A DNA stretch of 64,000 bases from an uncultured Candidatus Saccharibacteria bacterium (GTDB taxonomy: Bacteria > Patescibacteriota > Minisyncoccia > Phycocordibacterales > CSBR16-119). The stretch is from contig CAZBAG010000001.1 in NCBI GenBank assembly GCA_964490365.1, positions 129,512 through 193,511 on the forward strand. The letters are read 5' to 3'. The position numbers were made by a program, and so were the translations under genes. Positions 9,641-18,197 of this stretch are shown piece after piece (the first letter of the stretch is position 1; every line of letters starts with the position of its first letter). The notes below the pieces were generated by a model that saw only the letters and a program-made list of their open reading frames with translations, searched no databases and was not told where the DNA came from.

Positions 9641-10309
9641 TTAGGCGGGCACCTCTTCGGTGAAGAACTGTTGCGCCTTGAGCGTCTCGAGCGACTGCTC
9701 GTAGGTCGAGCGCGAGCTCTGCACCAAGTTCTGCGTCCAGCGTGCGATCGCCTTCATGGTCGTGTAGAAGTAGCGCTTTGCGAGGGCTTCGTACATCTCT
9801 TCGGTGATCTCACCGTTCTTCTCGATGTAGTCGTTCACCTCCTTGAGCTTCTTCGCACTCGTGTACACGATCTTGCCGGCGTTGGCTGCCGTGGTCGCCG
9901 CAGCGATGCTGTTGTAGTGGAGTGCGTTCTGAACCTCGCTGAAAGGTTCACCTTCGCTCACCACACCAGCGGTCTCGGCGATCTCAACCACCACGATGTT
10001 GAAGGGGATCTTCTGATCCTTTCCTTTTGTCACATCGAAGCTTGTGATACGTGCCATCATCCCCAACGGGAATCCGCTCTTGGGATACCCCTGGTGCATG
10101 ACCACCCCATCCTCGGTCTTCGTGAAATCCTGGTTCTTCACGCCAGCATTCGCGAGCAGGTTATACACCTTCGGTGATGCCTCGATCTTACCGCCGAGCT
10201 TGCTCAAGCGGTTGAGTTCGTGCACCATCTCAGGGCTCACTGCCGTACCCATGACCAGGGCTTGGATGCTTCCTTTGGTCGTCTTGCTCATGTGCTTTAC
10301 CGTCACCAT
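9641..10309 (-). CDS. Hypothetical protein (about 222 aa), strongly GC-rich cassette gene
   Basis: The highest G+C in the window by eye (roughly mid-50s %). The start is ambiguous between MVTVKH, MSKTTK and MQVHIK. The product is unrecognised and Ala/Val-rich. Confidence 0.5.
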   Translation of the reverse strand: MVTVKHMSKTTKGSIQALVMGTAVSPEMVHELNRLSKLGGKIEASPKVYNLLANAGVKNQDFTKTEDGVVMHQGYPKSGFPLGMMARITSFDVTKGKDQKIPFNIVVVEIAETAGVVSEGEPFSEVQNALHYNSIAAATTAANAGKIVYTSAKKLKEVNDYIEKNGEITEEMYEALAKRYFYTTMKAIARWTQNLVQSSRSTYEQSLETLKAQQFFTEEVPA

Positions 10310-10358
10310 CCTGTATATTGGGTTTTTGATGTGAACCTGCATTGGCTCACAAAGGAGT

Positions 10359-10386
10359 ATATTAACCAAATAGAAAATATTGTCAA
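10359..10386 (-). promoter_or_regulatory. Sigma70-like promoter (TTGACA, 16-19 nt spacer, TAATAT/TATACT) for the 9641..10309 gene
   Basis: The minus strand reads gcccTTGACAatattttctatttggttaaTATACT. It lies immediately downstream of a hairpin. Confidence 0.5.
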
Positions 10387-10405
10387 GGGCTCAAAAGGTG
10401 GATAA

Positions 10406-10431
10406 CAAAAACCCCTTTTTGAGGGGTTTTT
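10406..10431. terminator. Hairpin terminator (aaaaaccccttttttgaggggttttt)
   Basis: A perfect G/C stem flanked by A and T runs. It follows the stop of the 10438..11175 gene on the minus strand. Confidence 0.55.
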
Positions 10432-10437
10432 GAGTCT

Positions 10438-11175
10438 CTATTTTTTAAACATTACTGAGCCTGAATCGTATGGAAGCAAGAGTACAAGATTTCCAGAGGT
10501 GTCGAAGAAAACTTGATTTGATTGTGACACAAAATTACTAAATTCTGTCTCTTGTGACCCTTCACAGAACATGAGCGTACTCATAAACGGCCCAAACGTA
10601 ATCATGTTATCGCTATCCACTTTATAGGTTCCAGAAAAATCATTACAGTCAGTATCACCAGAAACATTTCCATCTTTTGTAAATGTCAGTGAATATGCTC
10701 CAGCTTTTTTAGGAGTTACAACAGTATCATCGTTCATAACTGTCTTATCCCAAATCCATTTAGTGCCAACAAGTTCACCTTTTTTACTTGATTCACCCTT
10801 CGGCGCTTCTTCTGTTCAGTTAATAGTTGAGTCTTGAAGTGTTCCGCTGAAAATAACTGTTCCGTTTTGAGAAAGTACAGCAATTTGTCCAACATCTACA
10901 AATGTGATAGATCCATCTTCATTTTTATATGTTACTCCAGATGCGGTTGGAACTCCTGTCAGAGTAAGATTTCCTAGTCCTGAAAATGAAATCTTTGCAG
11001 ATTCTATAGTTACCGTTGCCCGAAGTTCTTTTCCTGAACTATCCGTATACACTTTTGCAGATTCTACAAACTCTTGATCTCCTTCATTATTATTCATACC
11101 TCTATCTTTTTTTGCAAGGAATACAATTGCCACAACAACTAGAATTCCTAATATAACCCATACTACATTTTTCAT
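10438..11175 (-). CDS. Two-domain envelope protein (signal/TM + DUF4377-like domain + META/HslJ domain) interrupted by one in-frame TGA at 10816-10818
   Basis: The ORFs 10816..11175 and 10438..10737 share a frame and are separated only by TGA. The read-through peptide ...TIN*TEEAPKGESSKKGELVGTKWIWDKTVMNDD... supplies the expected first strand of the META domain, which carries the GDTDCNDFSGTY motif. Confidence 0.5.
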
Positions 11176-11209
11176 ACAATAACTTTTAACTATTATTAAT
11201 AATTACTTT

Positions 11210-11647
11210 TTAAATATTGTCTCCTGAGACCATCGGCTCTACTAGAAATGTTACCACATAATCTTTTGGTGCAATAATTTTTGTTGAAAGTGCTGGTGGA
11301 TTTGTGTTTACAATAGAAATCTTGTACTCAGCAAATTCAAGAGGAATTTCGTCCGATGGTTTGTTCAGTGTACGTTCTTCTTCCGGCGCAACAAGGGTAA
11401 TGTTCGCAACAACGGCGCCGGCTTGGATACACTGCACATCAATTGGACACCTGTAGTCGGCAATAAATTCATTAAAGGTGAGTGAAAGATTTGAAAACCT
11501 GGCCGTTTCGCCAACAGCAAGAGAAATTTCTCCTGGTGCCATCACGCGCGAATTTTCGATGGTATCTTGAGGAACATCTTTCTTTTTATCAACATATAAG
11601 AAAATACTGATCCCCAAGAGTGCAATAATTACAATAATTTTTTTCAT
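11210..11647 (-). CDS. Secreted hypothetical protein
   Basis: An MKKIIVIIALLGISIFLY signal, native low-GC composition and no recognised domain. Confidence 0.5.
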   Translation of the reverse strand: MKKIIVIIALLGISIFLYVDKKKDVPQDTIENSRVMAPGEISLAVGETARFSNLSLTFNEFIADYRCPIDVQCIQAGAVVANITLVAPEEERTLNKPSDEIPLEFAEYKISIVNTNPPALSTKIIAPKDYVVTFLVEPMVSGDNI

Positions 11648-11699
11648 ACCATCTATCATATAAAATCTAGCTGTTACATACAGACTGTTATGTGGAAAA

Positions 11700-12191
11700 T
11701 TATTTGTCTAAATATGTAGTGAAGTAAATAGCGTGACACGTATATCCTCCAGGATTTTTTTGTAAGTAGTTTTGATGATAGCTTTCTGCTGGCCAAAATG
11801 TTTTGAATTCTTCAAGTGTAGTCACCGCTGGATCTTTCCACTTACCAGAATTATTCACAGTCTTAATAAAATCTTCTGCTATCTTTTTTTCTTCTTCATT
11901 TTGAAAAAAGATAGCAGAACGATACGAGGTTCCCTTATCGTTTCCCTGCTGATTGAGCGTTGTTGGGTTATGAATACAGAAGAAGAAGTCTAGTATACGT
12001 TTATACGAAATTATATTTGGATCGTACACAACCTCAAGAGCTTCTGCGTGTCCTGGGTGGTTTTCGTAGGTTGGATGTTCGTTACTACCACCTGTATACC
12101 CTGTTTCGGTTGATAGAACGCCAGGCAAACCTCGGAAGAGTTCTTCCATACCCCAGAAACAACCTCCTGCAAGATATGCTTTGTGTGTCAT
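11700..12191 (-). CDS. msrA: Peptide methionine sulfoxide reductase A
   Basis: The GCFWG active-site motif lies near the N-terminus; 163 aa. Confidence 0.9.
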   Translation of the reverse strand: MTHKAYLAGGCFWGMEELFRGLPGVLSTETGYTGGSNEHPTYENHPGHAEALEVVYDPNIISYKRILDFFFCIHNPTTLNQQGNDKGTSYRSAIFFQNEEEKKIAEDFIKTVNNSGKWKDPAVTTLEEFKTFWPAESYHQNYLQKNPGGYTCHAIYFTTYLDK

Positions 12192-12192
12192 A

Positions 12193-12702
12193 TTATTTAC
12201 ACGTCGCTGATAGATAGATTATTTCAGTAGCTTCTTTCGTTTTGTCTGGAACGAGCATATCGTCTTTATCAACAAGCGGATAGCGCAATTTAATCAAGTT
12301 CCCATCTTTTTGCATGTATTCTTCTTGTTCTTTTTGACTAGAACCTTCTACGGTGTAACTAAACACAACAGTTATCTTACCTTCGTCGACGTTACCCGAA
12401 AAGGTTCCTTCATATCCATTTGTCATATCCGGACCAGCCTGAGTTCCCTGTTTTGTTCCAAATACTGTACTGTTTTCAATCTTTAGCTCGATATATTCTT
12501 CTACTGAATACGGCGCATCTTCTGTTACTGATTGGGTACGAGCAAAACACAGCGCATTAGAAGCGGGAACTTTCGGCGTTACAACAGATTCTTCTTCCGA
12601 AATTTCTCCAGGAACAACTATAGGTTTTGTATCTAAAATAAACCAAAATACTGCTGAATACGCAGCGAGAGCAAGTATAAGAATGATAATTATTTTTTTC
12701 AT
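12193..12702 (-). CDS. Secreted hypothetical protein
   Basis: An N-terminal signal/TM segment (MKKIIIILILALAAYSAVFWFI) and no recognised domain. Confidence 0.5.
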   Translation of the reverse strand: MKKIIIILILALAAYSAVFWFILDTKPIVVPGEISEEESVVTPKVPASNALCFARTQSVTEDAPYSVEEYIELKIENSTVFGTKQGTQAGPDMTNGYEGTFSGNVDEGKITVVFSYTVEGSSQKEQEEYMQKDGNLIKLRYPLVDKDDMLVPDKTKEATEIIYLSATCK

Positions 12703-12704
12703 AT

Positions 12705-12795
12705 TTCCTAGCGAGGAGTATCGACAAGCTTGCTTGTATGATCTCCGAACGACGGAAATATACGAGACGAGCGAAGCGAGTGCTCTTATATTAAT
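12705..12795. repeat. Intergenic repeat element, copy 1 (about 85% identical over about 56 nt to the copy at 34878..34965)
   Basis: Shared core ATGATsTCCGArygACGrAAATATAyGAGACGArCGmAGyGAGTGCTCTTAT, plus a shared left edge tatttyctagcgag. Confidence 0.5.
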
Positions 12796-12813
12796 ATAAA
12801 CCTGTTTATTATA

Positions 12814-13557
12814 TTAATCTATTTTTTGAATATTTGTTAGAGCGACATCATTTCCATTTCGTGTGTATGAAAAGCTTGCTTCGCCAGCAATATGTCCGTC
12901 TTCATACTTCATAGTTCCTGTTTTTGTAGCAGGGTCAATACGTATTGCAAAGGCATAAAAAGTTCCACCAAGCACGGGCTCTTCTGGCACCAGAGAAGTA
13001 ATGTTCGCTCGTATGTATTCTGGTACTAATTTTCTGTCGTCGATATCAGAACATACAACGTCGCTAAGTTGTTGCCAGTAAGTCATATTTTCTTTATCAG
13101 AATATACGTACACACCATCACCACGATCAACAAGTGTTCCGTAGCCGACCGAGGCTGTGCCTTCGCCAAACATAATGCGAAGTTCTTGTTTTGTTATCAT
13201 TCCTTCTGACATTGCATCCCACCAGACATCAGCTATTCTTACCATCATCTCCGGAATAACAGGAGTTACTGTGCCTTCAAACGTACCAACATTCCGATCT
13301 TTTTGTGCTGGTATATTATAAAATTCTCCGGTTACCACGCCGCCTTGCAAATTCATTCGAAGCCACGCTGCGTCAACATAGTTAGAGTCCATTGTTGGGG
13401 TTTCTGTGTAGAAACAAAGTTCAACTATTTTTGGCGTTGGAATTGGATTTACTTCAGTGAATTCTCGTTCAGGAGGAGCAGTTTTTTCTTGAACACCTGA
13501 AAAAACCAGAGTGGCAATTCCAGCAACAAGTATCATAAGTAAAATGTTTTTGAACAT
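12814..13557 (-). CDS. Secreted hypothetical protein
   Basis: An N-terminal signal peptide; 247 aa; no recognised domain. Confidence 0.5.
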   Translation of the reverse strand: MFKNILLMILVAGIATLVFSGVQEKTAPPEREFTEVNPIPTPKIVELCFYTETPTMDSNYVDAAWLRMNLQGGVVTGEFYNIPAQKDRNVGTFEGTVTPVIPEMMVRIADVWWDAMSEGMITKQELRIMFGEGTASVGYGTLVDRGDGVYVYSDKENMTYWQQLSDVVCSDIDDRKLVPEYIRANITSLVPEEPVLGGTFYAFAIRIDPATKTGTMKYEDGHIAGEASFSYTRNGNDVALTNIQKID

Positions 13558-13598
13558 AGGAATATTTTACCATACATAACTTTAGCAATACATAAAAT

Positions 13599-13627
13599 AA
13601 AAAGTCCGCCGGCAAAACCGGCGGACT
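13599..13627 (-). terminator. Hairpin terminator downstream of the 13635..14330 gene
   Basis: gtccgccgg caaaa ccggcggac, with a T-run on the minus strand. Confidence 0.55.
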
Positions 13628-13634
13628 GAAATTG

Positions 13635-14330
13635 TTATTCAAGACCCAAACTTTCCTTTTTTCTCACACCACGCTTGTAGGACTTGCGGATATCTCGCTC
13701 ACGGAGTTTGCGTCCTTTACGTACTCGTACTACTTTTTCATAGTACCATATGTACTTCACCCACTTTTCATGGAAATCACGAAGCTCTTTGGTTGGCAAC
13801 ATTAATCTATTTATGAACACTTGAAGATCTCCCTTGCGTTTACCCTTCCACATATATGGATGAAGAGGAACATCTCCTGCACAAGACTCAAGTTCTGTTA
13901 GTAAGGTTACATTGGATTTGTCATGCGGACGCTTTTCAAGAGCAATTGAAAGCATTTCCATCATCCAAAGTGCTCTTTGTAGGAACTTCCCTGTGCGAGT
14001 AGTTTTCCAAGGAATTATTACTTCCTCCTTACCCTTCTTACTGAGGGTTGTGATGAGTACCCACAACTTGCCGGCTTTGGTAAACTTGTGCTCTTTAGGA
14101 TCATAGCTCGTTATCACTCGTATTGTCAGGTTGTCTACCTGTTTTTGCACGATAACTTGTCCAGCAACCTCCCGAATGCGAGGACTATCAGGCGGGACGA
14201 TACCCTGCATTACCTGATTACGAGCTTCACGCTCTGGAGAGATGGGTGCAAAACCCAGTTTCCCAGCTTTTGCGAGAAATGACTCGAACTTTTGTCGAGC
14301 ATAACGAAGAGAAATAAACTTCTTTTTCAT
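13635..14330 (-). CDS. Hypothetical highly basic (K/R-rich) protein, 231 aa, cassette gene
   Basis: G+C is moderately elevated. The leader is C/A-rich (aacgaacgaaacaaacgtacaaagcaATG). It has its own TTGACA -35 box and its own terminator. No recognised family. Confidence 0.5.
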   Translation of the reverse strand: MKKKFISLRYARQKFESFLAKAGKLGFAPISPEREARNQVMQGIVPPDSPRIREVAGQVIVQKQVDNLTIRVITSYDPKEHKFTKAGKLWVLITTLSKKGKEEVIIPWKTTRTGKFLQRALWMMEMLSIALEKRPHDKSNVTLLTELESCAGDVPLHPYMWKGKRKGDLQVFINRLMLPTKELRDFHEKWVKYIWYYEKVVRVRKGRKLRERDIRKSYKRGVRKKESLGLE

Positions 14331-14355
14331 TGCTTTGTACGTTTGTTTCGTTCGT

Positions 14356-14384
14356 TATGTTGCCAGAGATTTTAGAAAATGTCA
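14356..14384 (-). promoter_or_regulatory. Promoter with a consensus TTGACA -35 box and a weak -10, for the 13635..14330 gene
   Basis: On the minus strand, TTGACA (forward tgtcaa at 14379-14384) lies directly after the hairpin at 14388..14420. Confidence 0.4.
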
Positions 14385-14387
14385 AAA

Positions 14388-14420
14388 GAAAAGACCTACC
14401 ACTCTTGAAGTGATAGGTCT
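14388..14420 (-). terminator. Hairpin terminator downstream of the PNP gene
   Basis: agacctacca...tgataggtct followed by ttttctttt on the minus strand. Confidence 0.55.
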
Positions 14421-14426
14421 TGAGAC

Positions 14427-15299
14427 TCAAAGCCTTTCAACAAGATCTGCGATCAATTTCGCAAAAGCTGGACCACCTTCTTTTGCTTTTAAAAGGTTAT
14501 CCTTGTGAGACAAACCATGGGCACCAGCAACATTCGAGACCTGAGACAAAACACAGATCTCTATCCCATTGCGATCCTTCTTTGCACCAGCATCTTTTCG
14601 CTCTTCTGCACCGGCCATGTGGTTTAGGGCGGTTACATCGGGAATAGTTGACATACCCACCGTGTTAGCGCCGAGCATTCGTAAAGCACGCACGTCCGCA
14701 CGGGTCTCAAACTCACGACCAGGACGCATTGCCAGTACAACCTCTTGAATACGAGGATCAATCTGTTTAACGAGATCAATCATTCTGCGAGAATAGGGTT
14801 GGCTCATATCTACATGAAGACTGCTGCCCACCCCACCAATCCTCTCGAGAATATCAGCATTCCCCATCAACGGATATGAGTCGGAGAAAAGAGAAAGATG
14901 ATCCTCTACAACAACAATTGAACCAACGGGAAACTTTTCATCAAGAGATCCCACAAGGTTAGTGCTAATAAACTGAGAGCACCCCCACCACGCAAGAGTT
15001 CGAGATGTTGTCACGGTTTTGTGAATATCACCATGCTCGTTGAGGTGAGTTCTGCCGGGAAACCAAATTGCTGATTTTCCAGCAAGCTCTCCGTAAATAA
15101 CATGGTGAAAGTGACCATCTACTGTTGGCAAAGGAAAATGATCTTCTAGTTCAACCTCTTTCACATGTGTAAACTGATCTCTTAGGTCATGAGGTCCCGA
15201 AGATCCGGTAATAATTGCAAGTTCTGGTGCCTTGCCGAACTTATTAGCAAGCCACTTTGCACCTCCAGTAATATTGTTAAAATGCTCCAGTGTAAGCAT
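14427..15299 (-). CDS. Purine nucleoside phosphorylase (trimeric PNP/MTAP family)
   Basis: Alignable by eye to mammalian-type PNP (..AIITGSSG.., ..GANTVGMSTIPDV.., ..VVVEDHLSLFS..). G+C is elevated. It has its own promoter and terminator. Confidence 0.8.
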   Translation of the reverse strand: MLTLEHFNNITGGAKWLANKFGKAPELAIITGSSGPHDLRDQFTHVKEVELEDHFPLPTVDGHFHHVIYGELAGKSAIWFPGRTHLNEHGDIHKTVTTSRTLAWWGCSQFISTNLVGSLDEKFPVGSIVVVEDHLSLFSDSYPLMGNADILERIGGVGSSLHVDMSQPYSRRMIDLVKQIDPRIQEVVLAMRPGREFETRADVRALRMLGANTVGMSTIPDVTALNHMAGAEERKDAGAKKDRNGIEICVLSQVSNVAGAHGLSHKDNLLKAKEGGPAFAKLIADLVERL

Positions 15300-15337
15300 G
15301 GGAACAGGTTTTAGTGTTTAAAGTACGCCGACTTCAA

Positions 15338-15366
15338 ATACTATAGTATTCTTTTAATTTTTACAA
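15338..15366 (-). promoter_or_regulatory. Sigma70-like promoter TTGTAA-17nt-TAGTAT for the PNP gene
   Basis: The minus strand reads TTGTAAaaattaaaagaatactaTAGTAT, directly downstream of the hairpin at 15374..15399. Confidence 0.45.
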
Positions 15367-15373
15367 TCAAAAC

Positions 15374-15399
15374 AAAATACTCGCGATGGCGAGTATTTT
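15374..15399. terminator. Hairpin (aaaatactcgcgatggcgagtatttt)
   Basis: A perfect inverted repeat with flanking A and T runs. Confidence 0.5.
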
Positions 15400-15406
15400 G
15401 TTTAAA

Positions 15407-15781
15407 CTATTTAAGTTTGATATAAAATCCTTCACTTCCATAGAGTGTGTATGTACCATCTCCAGAATCTTTTGCATACACCTCAACTTCTTTTCCAATA
15501 TGATTTTCTAAGTCACCAAAACCTTCTACTCCCTGCACACTTCCCACAGTTTCCTGACTCCATCCCATAATAGCGGTTACATGTTTGCCATCAACCACCA
15601 CGTAACATTCCCCGTCAGCAAAACATCCTGTGTTCACCTCTTCAAGTGGTCCAGAAAAATTAGCGACTTTTAATTTACCTTCAGATATTTGTGGCTCATT
15701 CACTGATGTATTTCCATGCATCTGCATATATACAACTACTCCAGCGACAATCAAAAGTATAACGATAATAAGTTTTTTCAT
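15407..15781 (-). CDS. Secreted hypothetical protein (124 aa)
   Basis: An MKKLIIVILLIVAGVVVYM signal and no recognised domain. Confidence 0.5.
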   Translation of the reverse strand: MKKLIIVILLIVAGVVVYMQMHGNTSVNEPQISEGKLKVANFSGPLEEVNTGCFADGECYVVVDGKHVTAIMGWSQETVGSVQGVEGFGDLENHIGKEVEVYAKDSGDGTYTLYGSEGFYIKLK

Positions 15782-15942
15782 GAATTTGGTTAATGTGAAA
15801 TTAGTAATGCAACTAGTATATCACTAAATAGCGCTTGCCACTTAAAATAAGGTAGTGTTTGAAATAATTACATTTTTATGTAAAATCCTTGAGAAATCAG
15901 GAAATAAGCCTGATAAGCTCTTTAGCACAAAACAAACCGAAG

Positions 15943-17262
15943 ATGGAGCTCATACCCCTCATCATCCCGACAATTTTTATCCTTGGGTACCTTTGTATAG
16001 CAATAGAGCATAGACTCTCTATCAACAAAGCTGCCCCGGCGGTACTGACTGGTTTTTTGATCTGGACATTTTTATCCACACAACAAGGAGACACGGCAGT
16101 TCATGAGTTTGGACACCATGTTGGCGAGATCGCTGAAATACTCTTCTTTTTGCTCGGTGCAATGATGGTCGTTGAGATGATTGATTCCCATCAAGGGTTT
16201 GAAATTATCACCAATACCATCAGGCTCACAAACAGAGTTTCTCTGTATTGGGTCATTGGGTGGCTGACGTTCTTTCTGTCAGCAGCCCTCGACAACATGA
16301 CAACAGCAATTGTCATGTCGGCTCTACTACGGAAACTGATCGAAGATAAACGAGAGACTTGGGTTTTTGCTGGTATTGTCATCATTGCCGCAAACGCCGG
16401 TGGTGCCTGGTCGCCCATTGGTGATATCACAACGATCATGCTTTGGATGGGAGGACAAGTAAGTAGTGGAAATATCATTGCCGGACTTTTCATTCCAAGT
16501 GTGGCATCGCTCATAATTCCTCTTATTTGGTTTAGCGTGCGGAATCGTGGACACCTTGTTTTGAAATCAGAAGCAACAAATCCTGCTCACAACGGTGAGA
16601 CAAGTGAAGGTGGCACACAAGCCAATCTACGAGAATGGGAAAAGCGACTTATCCTCATCGTAGGACTTCTGTCGCTACTTCTGGTGCCCGTGTTTAAGAA
16701 CTACACACACCTACCTCCATTCATGGGGATCATGGGTGGACTTGGTCTCATGTGGGTAATCACAGAGATCTTCCACCATCGCCACCCAGATCACGAAGAG
16801 CGAGAGAGGCGAAAACACATCACAGCTGCATCCATCTTGAAAAAGATAGATCATGCTAGTATTTTGTTCTTTCTTGGTATCCTCGTTGCTGTTGCAGGAT
16901 TACAAACAGGAGGATATCTCAAGGGTGCAGCGCATTTCCTCGACGAACGTGTTGGAAATGTGTACATCATCAATACCATGATCGGACTCTTGTCTGCGAT
17001 TGTGGACAATGTTCCACTCGTCGCCGCTGCCATGGGTATGTATCCACTAGATATGTATCCACAAGATCATATCTTTTGGGAACTCCTTGCTTTGTGCGCT
17101 GGTACCGGTGGAAGCATTTTGATCATTGGCTCTGCAGCAGGAGTTGCAGTGATGGGGATCTTGAACATCAATTTTTCCTGGTATCTCAAGAACATTGCCC
17201 TGCCTGCACTTCTTGGATACTTGGCATCGATCGGAACATTCTGGCTACAGCAAAACATGTAG
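15943..17262 (+). CDS. NhaD/ArsB-superfamily Na+/H+ antiporter-like permease
   Basis: A polytopic membrane protein, about 440 aa from MELIPLII. The ion-transporter-like segments ALDNMTTAIVM and AANAGGAWSPIGDITTIMLW are present. G+C is elevated, the leader is C/A-rich (acaaaacaaaccgaagATGG) and a strong terminator follows. Confidence 0.6.
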   Translation: MELIPLIIPTIFILGYLCIAIEHRLSINKAAPAVLTGFLIWTFLSTQQGDTAVHEFGHHVGEIAEILFFLLGAMMVVEMIDSHQGFEIITNTIRLTNRVSLYWVIGWLTFFLSAALDNMTTAIVMSALLRKLIEDKRETWVFAGIVIIAANAGGAWSPIGDITTIMLWMGGQVSSGNIIAGLFIPSVASLIIPLIWFSVRNRGHLVLKSEATNPAHNGETSEGGTQANLREWEKRLILIVGLLSLLLVPVFKNYTHLPPFMGIMGGLGLMWVITEIFHHRHPDHEERERRKHITAASILKKIDHASILFFLGILVAVAGLQTGGYLKGAAHFLDERVGNVYIINTMIGLLSAIVDNVPLVAAAMGMYPLDMYPQDHIFWELLALCAGTGGSILIIGSAAGVAVMGILNINFSWYLKNIALPALLGYLASIGTFWLQQNM

Positions 17263-17282
17263 CCTTAGAACAAACTCAAATA

Positions 17283-17317
17283 AAAAGCACCAACCTCAGG
17301 GTCGGTGCTTTTTTATT
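17283..17317 (+). terminator. Hairpin terminator after the antiporter gene
   Basis: aagcaccaacctcagggtcggtgc followed by ttttttatt. Confidence 0.55.
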
Positions 17318-17331
17318 GTCTTTTTTAATAT

Positions 17332-17733
17332 TTACTCACTTGTTACTCCATCAAAATCCTCTTCGTGTCTCATTGCATCTTCTTTTGTTTCTCTGACAAT
17401 ACCATCTTTATGATGCGGCACAGCGTAAATAGTATAGAACTGTAGATTTTTTGTATTACTCATGTTGAGCACATTATGTTCAGAACCAGCCGGAACAATA
17501 ATCACGTCTCCGTCTGTCACTTCATATGATGTTCCGTCGATAAACACTCTACCCTCCCCACCTTCGAAGCGGAAAAATTGATCATTATCAGGATGCACTT
17601 CCACGCCAATATCTTCTCCTGGTTTTAACGACATCAGCACTAATTGCATGTGTTTTGCTGTGTACAGCACTTTTCTAAAATTTTTATTTTCAAGTGTTGA
17701 TGCCTCAACTGCATTATAGAATCCTCGTTTCAT
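17332..17733 (-). CDS. Cupin-domain protein
   Basis: Cupin_2-like His/Glu motifs (HPDNDQFFRFEGGEG...VPAGSEH); 133 aa. Confidence 0.65.
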   Translation of the reverse strand: MKRGFYNAVEASTLENKNFRKVLYTAKHMQLVLMSLKPGEDIGVEVHPDNDQFFRFEGGEGRVFIDGTSYEVTDGDVIIVPAGSEHNVLNMSNTKNLQFYTIYAVPHHKDGIVRETKEDAMRHEEDFDGVTSE

Positions 17734-17735
17734 AA

Positions 17736-18122
17736 TTATTTTTCTTTTAAGCTAATAATACTCACAATACCTTCCATCGTATATTCTTGCCACCACAGTG
17801 AACTCAACGCCTCTTTTGGTGTGAATGTTCCGTGAATTATATATATCGTATTGGTATCCACTTTTGACCAGTCAGATGTCTCAAGAAATTGTGCATCGAT
17901 TGAATAGTAGTAGCCTGCATCACTCACAAAACCCTGTCTACACTCTTTCTCTGTCACCTTATTAACGAGCGGCAAGCACACAAACTTTCCAGTCAACACC
18001 GTAGCATTTGGCAAGCTTTCAAATTCAGGTGGAACTGAAATTTGTCTTATCGAAATAAAATACCAGCCAGCAAAACCGACGAGCACAAGCACAATAACTG
18101 ATTGCCATAATTTCATGCACAT
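17736..18122 (-). CDS. Membrane-anchored hypothetical protein
   Basis: An N-terminal TM helix and no recognised domain. Confidence 0.45.
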   Translation of the reverse strand: MCMKLWQSVIVLVLVGFAGWYFISIRQISVPPEFESLPNATVLTGKFVCLPLVNKVTEKECRQGFVSDAGYYYSIDAQFLETSDWSKVDTNTIYIIHGTFTPKEALSSLWWQEYTMEGIVSIISLKEK

Positions 18123-18148
18123 AGTGTATCATGAAAAAATTTCAATGA

Positions 18149-18178
18149 GAAAACCCACACGCTTGGTGTGGGTTTTCG
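18149..18178 (-). terminator. Hairpin terminator downstream of the 18198..18473 gene
   Basis: cccacac gcttg gtgtggg with a T-run on the minus strand. Confidence 0.5.
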
Positions 18179-18197
18179 AGTATGTTACCCCGGACAG

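Noticed and set aside
10816-10818. TGA reassigned to Gly (genetic code 25, Gracilibacteria/SR1)
   Set aside because: Long housekeeping genes in the window (gltX, dnaK, alaS and others) are intact under the standard code. TGA clearly terminates several of them, so a global recoding is not supported. The single in-frame TGA is a local event.
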